This document shows, one piece after another, positions 1-7,603 of a DNA stretch of 51,355 bases. The notes below the pieces were generated by a model that searched no databases, was not told where the DNA came from, and saw only the letters and a program-made list of their open reading frames with translations. Both the position numbers and the translations under genes were made by a program. The number at the start of each line of letters is the position of its first letter. Within the stretch, counting starts at the first letter, position 1. The DNA is taken from the sequence record SRR31156797_647; one strand, 5' to 3'.

Positions 1-28
1 CCGCATTCGACCACTCTGCCATCTCTCC
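1..28 (-). tRNA. tRNA-Ser, 5' portion only (runs off the left edge of the window)
   Basis: Reverse complement GGAGAGATGGCAGAGTGGTCGAATGCGG matches the acceptor stem and D-arm of bacterial tRNA-Ser. The anticodon lies outside the window. Confidence 0.85.
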
Positions 29-78
29 AATATGTCTGTAAGCCTTATCAGCTCTTATATCTCTTGTGATAACGGGTG

Positions 79-86
79 CAAATATA
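79..86 (-). promoter_or_regulatory. Bacteroidota housekeeping -7 promoter element (TATATTTG) for the tRNA
   Basis: Exact TAnnTTTG match about 50 nt upstream of the tRNA 5' end. Confidence 0.6.
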
Positions 87-174
87 GGATGAAATTTGAT
101 TGCCACCAAACATTTTTTTGCAATAAATTACAAATTGTTCTGAAGCCGCTGTAAGTCAGATAAGTTAATTTTAT

Positions 175-1116
175 TTAGCCGTGCAAATCAAGCTCATTTA
201 GCATGTATAAGGAGTGTTCAACGGTTTTAAAAATTTCGGAACAATACTCATTTACTGCTTTTGGACTCCCTGGCATAGCATAAATCAAAGTTTTATTCAT
301 AACACCGGCAATTCCCCGACTAACCAATGCATTTGCTTTCTCCATACCATATTTCACACGAATTAATTCCATGATTCCTGGAATTTCTTTTGTGATGTGC
401 TTTTGTACAACTTCAGGGGTGATATCTTTTGGTCCAATCCCAGTTCCTCCTGTTGTAAGAACCATATCATACTCTTCCTCTTTTGCTATATTTAGTAGTT
501 CCGATAATTTTACTTCTTGATCAGGAATGATATGCTTATCAATGGTGTAATGGCGATTTCTTGATTTCAAAAAATCTTCACACAACTTTTCAGCTAATGG
601 ACCGCTTTTATCTGCATATTCTCCTCTGCTGGCTCTATCGCTTAGTGTAATTATCATTGTTTTAATTACACGAGGCTTGTAGGTTAAAATATCTCCAGCT
701 TTTAGTTCTCCATCTTTCAATACTCTACAGAAAATACCTTCTTTTGGCATTACACAGTTTCCAATTTCTCTAAAAATGCTACAATTATCACCATGACATT
801 TTTTACCTATTTGAGTTACCTCAAGTTCCATATTACCAAGTGTGAATTTATCAAGAGGAGCGGTATGGTGTAGCAAGAGTCCTTCGGTAGTAATATTCTC
901 GGCAAATTCTCCAAAGTCGATTTTTCGTTTGGCTTGTTCTGAGAATTTATCAATACTTTCTTTGGCAAGTAAACTAACTTGTCGGTGCCAATTTCCTGAG
1001 TGTGCATCTTTAGCAACTCCTATAGAATTTAATTCTATTTTATCAACTGGCTTTTTAACGGTTCCTTTTTTCTCAGATATATTTACAGAGAGTACTGCTA
1101 CTTCTTTAATGCTCAT
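175..1116 (-). CDS. MOSC-domain / MogA(MoaB)-type molybdopterin adenylyltransferase fusion
   Basis: N-terminal MOSC motifs (DAHSGNWHRQVSLL, FAENITT, LEVTQIGKKCH). C-terminal MogA motifs (TLSDR, TTGGTGIGPKDITPE, MPGSPKAV). Confidence 0.9.
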   Translation of the reverse strand: MSIKEVAVLSVNISEKKGTVKKPVDKIELNSIGVAKDAHSGNWHRQVSLLAKESIDKFSEQAKRKIDFGEFAENITTEGLLLHHTAPLDKFTLGNMELEVTQIGKKCHGDNCSIFREIGNCVMPKEGIFCRVLKDGELKAGDILTYKPRVIKTMIITLSDRASRGEYADKSGPLAEKLCEDFLKSRNRHYTIDKHIIPDQEVKLSELLNIAKEEEYDMVLTTGGTGIGPKDITPEVVQKHITKEIPGIMELIRVKYGMEKANALVSRGIAGVMNKTLIYAMPGSPKAVNEYCSEIFKTVEHSLYMLNELDLHG

Positions 1117-1130
1117 GGTTTCTGTATTTC

Positions 1131-1586
1131 TTATTTCAAATCTGTTTTTGTTTTCTCCTGAAGTGTAACTTGTCCTATTACCATATTTTTATCAACAGCT
1201 TTACACATGTCGTAAATGGTAAGTAGGGCAACGCTAGCTGCGGTTAGAGCTTCCATTTCAACTCCTGTCTGTCCAATGCATCGCACTCTGGTGTGTACTT
1301 TAACACCATTCTCAACAATAGTACATTTTACTTCTGCTTTTGTGATTTGCAAACTGTGGCAAAGTGGTATTAAATCGCTGGTTTTTTTTGCAGCTTGAAT
1401 TCCTGAAATCTCGGCAATAGTTAAAACATCACCTTTTTTCATCGAGTTCTCCTGAATCAACTTAATGGTTTCGCTTTCTAATTGGATTACTCCAGTAGCT
1501 TTAGCTTCTCTAATTTGTGGAGTTTTATCGCCCACATCTACCATGTTAGCTTTTCCTTCATTGTCTATATGACTAAATTTCCCCAT
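1131..1586 (-). CDS. moaC: cyclic pyranopterin monophosphate synthase MoaC
   Basis: MVDVGDK, LIPLCH, TGVEMEALT and YDMCKAVD motifs. Confidence 0.96.
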   Translation of the reverse strand: MGKFSHIDNEGKANMVDVGDKTPQIREAKATGVIQLESETIKLIQENSMKKGDVLTIAEISGIQAAKKTSDLIPLCHSLQITKAEVKCTIVENGVKVHTRVRCIGQTGVEMEALTAASVALLTIYDMCKAVDKNMVIGQVTLQEKTKTDLK

Positions 1587-1601
1587 CTTATTTTCAATTT
1601 A

Positions 1602-2402
1602 TTAACCACCAATACCATAAAAGCTTCCTTTTTTATTTTTGGTTCCAGCTTCAGGTTTTTGATTTATAGATTTATCGATTGCTTTCTTAGCACCCAATTG
1701 TTTTAAATCAAATTCACTCTGATTGAACAAGCAAGGTTTTACTTTGCCATTGGCAGTCAGCCTGATTCTATTGCATTCCTGACAATTACCACCTTTACCG
1801 CCCTCAACAATCGAAAACTCGCCGGTAGCCAAATCCATTTGCTTGATAAAACGCAAATCCAGATCATTTTGAGAACAATATTTTCTGAGTGCTTCAATAT
1901 CATCAAGATCGGCATCAGGCATACGAACACAATTTATTTTTACAGGATGTAAGCCTGCATTTTTAGCTGCCTTAATTCCTTTAAAAACATCTTCGATATC
2001 ACCTAAACGAGTAATTGTTTTGTATTTTTCGGCATTTAGAGTATCTAAACTGATATTTACTCGGTTTAAACCAGCTTTAGCTAAATCTGCAGCATATTTT
2101 TCCAGCAAAATACCATTTGTAGTCATTGCCAAATCTTTAATGCCCGGAATTTGTGCAATTTGTCGAACCAAATCGATAATTCCTTTTCTTACTAAAGGCT
2201 CGCCACCAGTTAATCTAATTTTATTGATTCCGGTTGAGACAGCCTCTTTTATAAAGTCTACAATTTGCTCAAAACTTAAAACCTCTTCATGAGCAATTAA
2301 GTCAATACCTTCCTCAGGCATACAATAGGTGCAACGTAAATTACACCTATCGGTAACCGAAATTCTCAGGTAGTTGATATTTCTTTTATAATTGTCTAAC
2401 AT
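1602..2402 (-). CDS. moaA: GTP 3',8-cyclase MoaA (compact form, 266 aa)
   Basis: YLRISVTDRCNLRCTYC radical-SAM motif, second cluster CxxCNRIRL...KPCL, C-terminal GG. Start placed at ATG 2402 (MLDNYKR), overlapping the moeA end. Confidence 0.92.
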   Translation of the reverse strand: MLDNYKRNINYLRISVTDRCNLRCTYCMPEEGIDLIAHEEVLSFEQIVDFIKEAVSTGINKIRLTGGEPLVRKGIIDLVRQIAQIPGIKDLAMTTNGILLEKYAADLAKAGLNRVNISLDTLNAEKYKTITRLGDIEDVFKGIKAAKNAGLHPVKINCVRMPDADLDDIEALRKYCSQNDLDLRFIKQMDLATGEFSIVEGGKGGNCQECNRIRLTANGKVKPCLFNQSEFDLKQLGAKKAIDKSINQKPEAGTKNKKGSFYGIGG

Positions 2403-3561
2403 GTACAAATTCTCCTTCGGTAAATTCGTCAACTTCTCGCGGAACAGCCATAATGCCGTCAGCAAGTGTAAATGCATTTATATGAGCTGATCCATGATAC
2501 TTTATTGGAACCACGCGGTTGTTTGCATTAAATCGAACAGGAATGAACTCGAGTCTGTCGGTTCTTTTCCTCTTATAATCTTGAGAGATTGGCATTCTTA
2601 CCATTGGTGCATTATAATTGTGACCCATCAATCGGTACAGTAACGGCTTACCCAATAGTTCAAATTGAACAAATGATGAAACGGGATTTCCTGGCATGCC
2701 GAATACATATTTTCCATCTTTGGCAGCAAACACAGTATGTTTACCGGGCTTAACTGCTAATGTGTGAAACCAGATGTTAAAACCGAGCTCTTTAAGTATT
2801 TGTGGGACATAATCGTAATCTCCAACAGAAACGCCACCGGAAATGATTAAAATATCATTTTCTTCAATACATTTTATCATGGCTTCTTTAGTTGCTTCCT
2901 TGGAATCCGAAACAATGCCTTGATAATTGCCCTTTATTCCCATTTTTTGCAATTGAGCTTGCAATTGCCATGAGTTTACATTTCTAATTTGCGATTGATT
3001 TGGTTTCTCATGAGGCTCTACCAACTCACTTCCTGTTGCAATTGTAGCTACTTTAGGTTGTTTGTATACCAGAGGTTTAGTACAACCAACTGTTGCTAGC
3101 ACAGAAATGTGTTGAGATTTTAAACGTGTTCCTTTGCTAAGAACAACATCATTCTCTTTAATATCTTCTCCTTTTATGCAAATATTTGATTTTGAATCCT
3201 CTTTTGTGAAACGAATTAAGTTGTTGTCTAATTCTTCTGTGTGTTCCACCATAATCACCGTATCAGCACCTTCAGGAACCATAGCACCAGTCATAATTTT
3301 TGAGCACTGCTTGTCACCAATTGGTATACTTGGTGCGGTACCTGCAGCTACAACTTCAAGTACTTTAAGATTTTCCTTTAAATCTGATTTCTTGCAGGCA
3401 TATCCATCCATTGCCGATTTATTAAATGGAGGAATGAACATGTCAGAACAAACATCTTCAGCCAAAACACGATTTAGACAATCGGAAATATCAATGTGCT
3501 CCTTTTCCAATTTTTTTGTGGCATGTTTAACCGTTTTTAGAGCTTCGTGAAAGGTAATCAT
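2386..3561 (-). CDS. moeA: molybdopterin molybdotransferase MoeA
   Basis: PPFNKSAMDGYA, IMTGAMVPEGAD, SGGVSVGDYD and MPGNPVS motifs. Confidence 0.95.
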   Translation of the reverse strand: MITFHEALKTVKHATKKLEKEHIDISDCLNRVLAEDVCSDMFIPPFNKSAMDGYACKKSDLKENLKVLEVVAAGTAPSIPIGDKQCSKIMTGAMVPEGADTVIMVEHTEELDNNLIRFTKEDSKSNICIKGEDIKENDVVLSKGTRLKSQHISVLATVGCTKPLVYKQPKVATIATGSELVEPHEKPNQSQIRNVNSWQLQAQLQKMGIKGNYQGIVSDSKEATKEAMIKCIEENDILIISGGVSVGDYDYVPQILKELGFNIWFHTLAVKPGKHTVFAAKDGKYVFGMPGNPVSSFVQFELLGKPLLYRLMGHNYNAPMVRMPISQDYKRKRTDRLEFIPVRFNANNRVVPIKYHGSAHINAFTLADGIMAVPREVDEFTEGEFVHVRQL

Positions 3562-3565
3562 ATTG

Positions 3566-4108
3566 TTAGTTTTTTATCACCCATTTATTACTTGCAAATT
3601 TTATCAAAGCTGGATCAAAGTTGAATGTGTCACCATTAAATTCAATTTCGCGATCAGCTAAAAGTAAATGTTTTTCGGTTTTGGGTTTTGTTTGGTTATT
3701 GTTTTTATTTTTTAACATTAAAAATAGTCCTGGCGTAAGCAGTTCTCTTAATCCGCCCGATTCAATTATTACAGGTGTATTACTCTTTATAAATTTATCA
3801 AAAAAAGAGAGAACTTCAGACAAATATTTATCTTTGGTTTGAACAAAGTAAACTGCATCACTTCCAGCTTTTAGCATTCTGTTGCTATCCTTGTTGTATT
3901 CTGTTGTTGTCTCTTTAGTAATTGTAAAATTTTCAGTCTTTTTTAAAATCAAGGTTTCTGATTTTAATTCATGAAAGTGCGGGCAGATTTTAATACTAAT
4001 AATAGTATGTTGATCTTTTAGCTGATCAATCAATTTACAAGCAAAAAGTGTTTTTCCAACATCTTGACCTGTTCCTGCAATTAGTAGTATGTTCTCTCTC
4101 AATTCCAT
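3566..4108 (-). CDS. P-loop protein, MobB-like; first gene of the pterin-cofactor operon
   Basis: N-terminal Walker A-like GTGQDVGKT, a VIIESG Walker B-like strand, and operon position. Confidence 0.6.
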   Translation of the reverse strand: MELRENILLIAGTGQDVGKTLFACKLIDQLKDQHTIISIKICPHFHELKSETLILKKTENFTITKETTTEYNKDSNRMLKAGSDAVYFVQTKDKYLSEVLSFFDKFIKSNTPVIIESGGLRELLTPGLFLMLKNKNNNQTKPKTEKHLLLADREIEFNGDTFNFDPALIKFASNKWVIKN

Positions 4109-4143
4109 AAAAAAAATCCTCCAACTCAGTGCAGAATTGAAGG
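4109..4143 (-). terminator. intrinsic terminator in the riboswitch leader (probable expression platform)
   Basis: Minus-strand CCTTCAATTC-loop-GAGTTGGAGG hairpin followed by a T run that ends at the ATG at 4108. Confidence 0.75.
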
Positions 4144-4211
4144 TTCATGTTTAAAGAAATCCAAGCATGATTACTTAATGCAATAGAGCTATTCATTCTT
4201 AAAATAAAACA

Positions 4212-4335
4212 TTTCTCCTTTCCAATTTTGGATTCACAATCCTGCGGGAGGCAAATTCGTTTCCAAATTTACCCATCGGTTTATCACTCGTGCTTCTAAA
4301 AAATAGTTGTTTAGAAATGATAAACTCGGAGTTAA
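4212..4335 (-). ncRNA. Moco RNA motif (molybdenum/tungsten cofactor riboswitch), variant lacking P3
   Basis: Minus strand reads AACTCCGAG...GGGTAAATTT-GGAAAC-GAATTTGCCTCCCG...TGGAAAGGAG, the hallmark Moco motif elements, directly upstream of the moe/moa genes. Confidence 0.88.
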
Positions 4336-4554
4336 ACTATTATTAATGGGAGTAAAGATATTAATATTAATGAATCTACAAATGTGTATGTGTTTCTATT
4401 ATTGTGCCAAGGTTTGCGTAAACTGCAACAATATTTACTATTGACCTTATTTTATGAGGCTTATCTATGATATTTCAATCTTTTAAATATTTCTTTTATC
4501 AATGAGATTGAAGACTATTTATAATTAGTTTGATTAAAAAGTAGATTGCATTGT

Positions 4555-4562
4555 TATATTTG
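4555..4562 (+). promoter_or_regulatory. -7 promoter element (TATATTTG) for the CDF gene
   Basis: TAnnTTTG 22 nt before the ATG, with TTTG at 4529-4532 as a possible -33 element. Confidence 0.55.
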
Positions 4563-4583
4563 TAGTAGATAAAATAATTTAAA

Positions 4584-5510
4584 ATGGGAAAACACAATCA
4601 CTCTCACGACCACGGAGAACTAAAAGGCAGAAATTTAGGTATTGCAATACTATTGAATATTGGAATTACGGTAGCACAAGTTGTAGGTGGATTTATTTCT
4701 GGTAGTTTGGCGTTAATGTCGGATGCATTGCACAATTTTTCAGATGTTTTGGCATTGGTAATAAGTTGGTTTGCAAGCAAATTATCTGGACGAAAACAAA
4801 CTGCCAAACAGACTTTTGGATATAAAAGAGCTGAAATATTAGCTGCATTAATTAATGCTGCATCCTTAATTGTGATAGCATTTTTCCTTTTAAAGGAAGC
4901 TATAGGACGATTTTCGGAACCTCAGGAAATTCAATCCGGATTGGTGATAATTCTTGGCGCTTTGTCGATTCTTCTGAATGGCTTAAGTGTATTGCTGGTT
5001 AAAAATGATGCAAAAAACAATATCAATATGCGATCGGCATATCTGCATTTACTATCGGATATGGTATCTTCTATAGCTGTGGTTCTGGGAGGTTTGGCTA
5101 TGACATTTTGGGATGTTGCCTGGGTGGATAGTGTTTTATCTATTGTGATAGCTTTGTATCTGGTGTATTCAAGTTGGGGACTTATAATGGAAAGTGTACG
5201 AATATTAATGCAATTTGCACCAGTTCATATCAATTTAGATGAGATTAACGATAAGGTTAAGACTTTAAATGAAATAGAAAATATGCACCACGTTCATGTT
5301 TGGCAATTGGACGATAAGCAAATTAATTTAGAAGCGCATATTAGTTTTAAAGAGGATCTTCCACTTAGTAAAGTAAATAAGGTACTCCACAAATTGGAGC
5401 ACCTTTTGAATGATGAATTTGAAATAAATCATGTGACTTTACAGCCTGAAATTAATGGCTTTTGTGATGATGAAAGTGTGGTGATTCAAGAAAAACCACA
5501 CGATCATTAA
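4584..5510 (+). CDS. czcD: cation diffusion facilitator (CzcD/ZitB-type Zn/Co/Cd efflux)
   Basis: His-rich N-terminus; SLALMSDALHNFSD, TFGYKRAEIL, LHLLSD and HHVHVW motifs. Confidence 0.9.
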   Translation: MGKHNHSHDHGELKGRNLGIAILLNIGITVAQVVGGFISGSLALMSDALHNFSDVLALVISWFASKLSGRKQTAKQTFGYKRAEILAALINAASLIVIAFFLLKEAIGRFSEPQEIQSGLVIILGALSILLNGLSVLLVKNDAKNNINMRSAYLHLLSDMVSSIAVVLGGLAMTFWDVAWVDSVLSIVIALYLVYSSWGLIMESVRILMQFAPVHINLDEINDKVKTLNEIENMHHVHVWQLDDKQINLEAHISFKEDLPLSKVNKVLHKLEHLLNDEFEINHVTLQPEINGFCDDESVVIQEKPHDH

Positions 5511-6157
5511 GTCAAAGATTTGATTAAATCCATAGGGTGCTCAAGAATAGTTTGTGCACCATTTTCAAGAAGTTCTTCCATATCTCTAAATCCCCAAAGA
5601 ACGCCGGCTGCATGCATTCCAGAATTGTGTGCAGTTTCCATATCTACGCCTGAATCACCTACGTAAATTAATTCCTCAGGAGGAATTCCCATTTTTTCAC
5701 TTATTAGTAAAGCACCTTTTGGGTCTGGCTTTCTTGGAATATCACCACCAGCACCCAATACGTGTTCAAGTTTCCAATCGGCTAGTAGAACTTTTACTAC
5801 TTTTTGAGTTAATTCATTTGCCTTATTCGAGAATACAGCGATTTTAATATTTTTTTCACTTAGACTGGTCAACAACTCAGAAATTTCTGGATACAGACAA
5901 GTTTTAACAATACAATTTTCATCATATACTTTCATCATGCGATCAAAACTCGATAGAATTTCAGACTCAGTTCTGTTATTTTCCGGAAGTGCTTTTTCTA
6001 CTAATGTTTTAACGCCTCTGCCAACAAAGGTTTTGTATGTGGAGTAATCGTGTGTTGGGAAACCTTTCTCTATCAGTGCTTTATTCATTGAATCTGCGAT
6101 ATCTTCAATCGAATTGGCAAGAGTGCCATCAAGATCAAATACTACTCCTTTTATCAT
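5507..6157 (-). CDS. HAD-family hydrolase (phosphoglycolate phosphatase-like)
   Basis: FDLDGTL, SNK, KPDP and YVGDS motifs. Confidence 0.9.
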   Translation of the reverse strand: MIKGVVFDLDGTLANSIEDIADSMNKALIEKGFPTHDYSTYKTFVGRGVKTLVEKALPENNRTESEILSSFDRMMKVYDENCIVKTCLYPEISELLTSLSEKNIKIAVFSNKANELTQKVVKVLLADWKLEHVLGAGGDIPRKPDPKGALLISEKMGIPPEELIYVGDSGVDMETAHNSGMHAAGVLWGFRDMEELLENGAQTILEHPMDLIKSLT

Positions 6158-6221
6158 TTTGTTTTGTTTTGAATGTGTAATGCAAATATTATCATCATTT
6201 TTGAATATCCAAAGGGGAAAT

Positions 6222-6255
6222 AAAAAATACCGATAAGATATTTCTTATCGGTATT
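6222..6255 (-). terminator. intrinsic terminator
   Basis: Perfect AATACCGATAAGA/TCTTATCGGTATT stem with an A run on the left, i.e. a U tail on the minus strand. Confidence 0.8.
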
Positions 6256-6275
6256 ATGATCGAAAAAAATACTTA

Positions 6276-7007
6276 TTATTTTACAATTGTTCGAAGCTCA
6301 GCATTGTAATCAACAAGAATGTCATACCATTCATCAAGCATGTTTTGCCAACTTCCCTTACCATATAATTTTTCAAACTCTTTCATAAATCCAATGTCCT
6401 GCGACCAGGCTTCATAACTGTCAAAATTCCAAACCAATCCAATATCTGCACTTTTAGGAGTATGAAGTGGATTGTTAAAAACCAAAAAGGCAACTCCGAG
6501 ATTTTCAGAAGTTTTCATGAGTTTCTTTGCAATTGCTTTAAACCTGTAATACTGACCTCTTTTTAAATCAACTGCCCATGCTTCGTAATGTTTAGAATTC
6601 ATAACAAGATCTTTTCCAAAGGAGAGTTTATCGTTAAAATTCCATAAGCTAACAGCACCATATTTTTCAACTAACGGATCAATATTTTTATTCCAATCTT
6701 CTTCATGACCATTTTCTTTTGTTGGTCTGGAATCTAATGCGGCGTAGGTGGTAGGTCCCATTATCCAGACGTACCAGCCAGCTTTCAAACCGTAATCTAC
6801 TCTTCTTAAACCAGCAACATGATCACCTTCGGGGTGGAATTTTTCGTTGTGAGATTTAATGGCTTTTTCAAATTCGTCAGCCATACCTCTTTTAGGTAAA
6901 ATGTAAACACTTTCTACTACAATCGTCTTTTTCTCCTCTTTCTCCTGTCCAAATGCGATAAATGCAAAAAACAAAAACGCAGACAAGAGCATAATCCTCT
7001 TTTTCAT
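6276..7007 (-). CDS. secreted hypothetical protein with an apparent internal duplication (alpha/beta-barrel-like)
   Basis: Sec signal peptide (MKKRIMLLSAFLFFAFIAFG/Q), 243-aa ORF, own terminator. Confidence 0.75.
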   Translation of the reverse strand: MKKRIMLLSAFLFFAFIAFGQEKEEKKTIVVESVYILPKRGMADEFEKAIKSHNEKFHPEGDHVAGLRRVDYGLKAGWYVWIMGPTTYAALDSRPTKENGHEEDWNKNIDPLVEKYGAVSLWNFNDKLSFGKDLVMNSKHYEAWAVDLKRGQYYRFKAIAKKLMKTSENLGVAFLVFNNPLHTPKSADIGLVWNFDSYEAWSQDIGFMKEFEKLYGKGSWQNMLDEWYDILVDYNAELRTIVK

Positions 7008-7248
7008 GACAAATATGTTTTAGTGAATAAAAACCCAATTTACGACTTTTATATGGAATGATTCTAATTAAGATTTATTAAACGACTGGTAAACAGTTAT
7101 TAATATTGGTGATTTGGCAGTTGCTATTTTTAAAATGATTCGTTAATCAACAAGTTTTATTGGCTGTAATAAAGTGTGATGATGTTAATTCTCTGTTATT
7201 TCTTCGAAAGATTTTAAGTGATTTCGGTATTCTACTTTAAAAAATTTC

Positions 7249-7256
7249 TATATTTG
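7249..7256 (+). promoter_or_regulatory. -7 promoter element (TATATTTG) of the thr leader/operon
   Basis: Exact TAnnTTTG about 30 nt upstream of the leader ATG. Confidence 0.65.
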
Positions 7257-7286
7257 ATTATCTTAAGAATGAGGTAATATCAAATA

Positions 7287-7409
7287 ATGAATAAAATGAC
7301 TAACATAGAATCAATGATGCACATGCCAATTAGAGGTATGCGCTATTCTATGCATTTTATTTCGATGAATATTACAGCAACAATTACACCTACCACAACA
7401 ACCCTTTAG
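7287..7409 (+). CDS. thr operon leader peptide, 40 aa, Met/Thr/Ile-rich (not in the ORF track)
   Basis: Hand translation MNKMTNIESMMHMPIRGMRYSMHFISMNITATITPTTTTL* (8 Met, 8 Thr, 5 Ile), lying between the promoter and thrA. Confidence 0.8.
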   Translation: MNKMTNIESMMHMPIRGMRYSMHFISMNITATITPTTTTL

Positions 7410-7603
7410 GGGGTTTATATAATTACATATCACCAAAGGGGAGAGTTTATACTCAAAAGTTCATAAATAGAATTATGCAACCACAATAATAACGCGTAAT
7501 TTTCTTTGTGTTAGGCTATTAATTTAACTATAACCAATATATAATCATTGATGATAGAATTAACATTTGTACGGAGAGGAAGTCATCAGAAGAAATCAAA
7601 AGC

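Noticed and set aside
2403-2477. N-terminal extension of MoaA given in the ORF track
   Set aside because: It lies inside moeA; MoaA-like sequence begins at MLDNYKR (ATG 2402).
1-4335. tRNA-anchored genomic island
   Set aside because: The window holds the tRNA 5' side; no integrase or att duplication was seen.
7561-7569. Second promoter (TAACATTTG) just upstream of thrA
   Set aside because: The spacing does not fit TAnnTTTG; it cannot be supported without TSS data.
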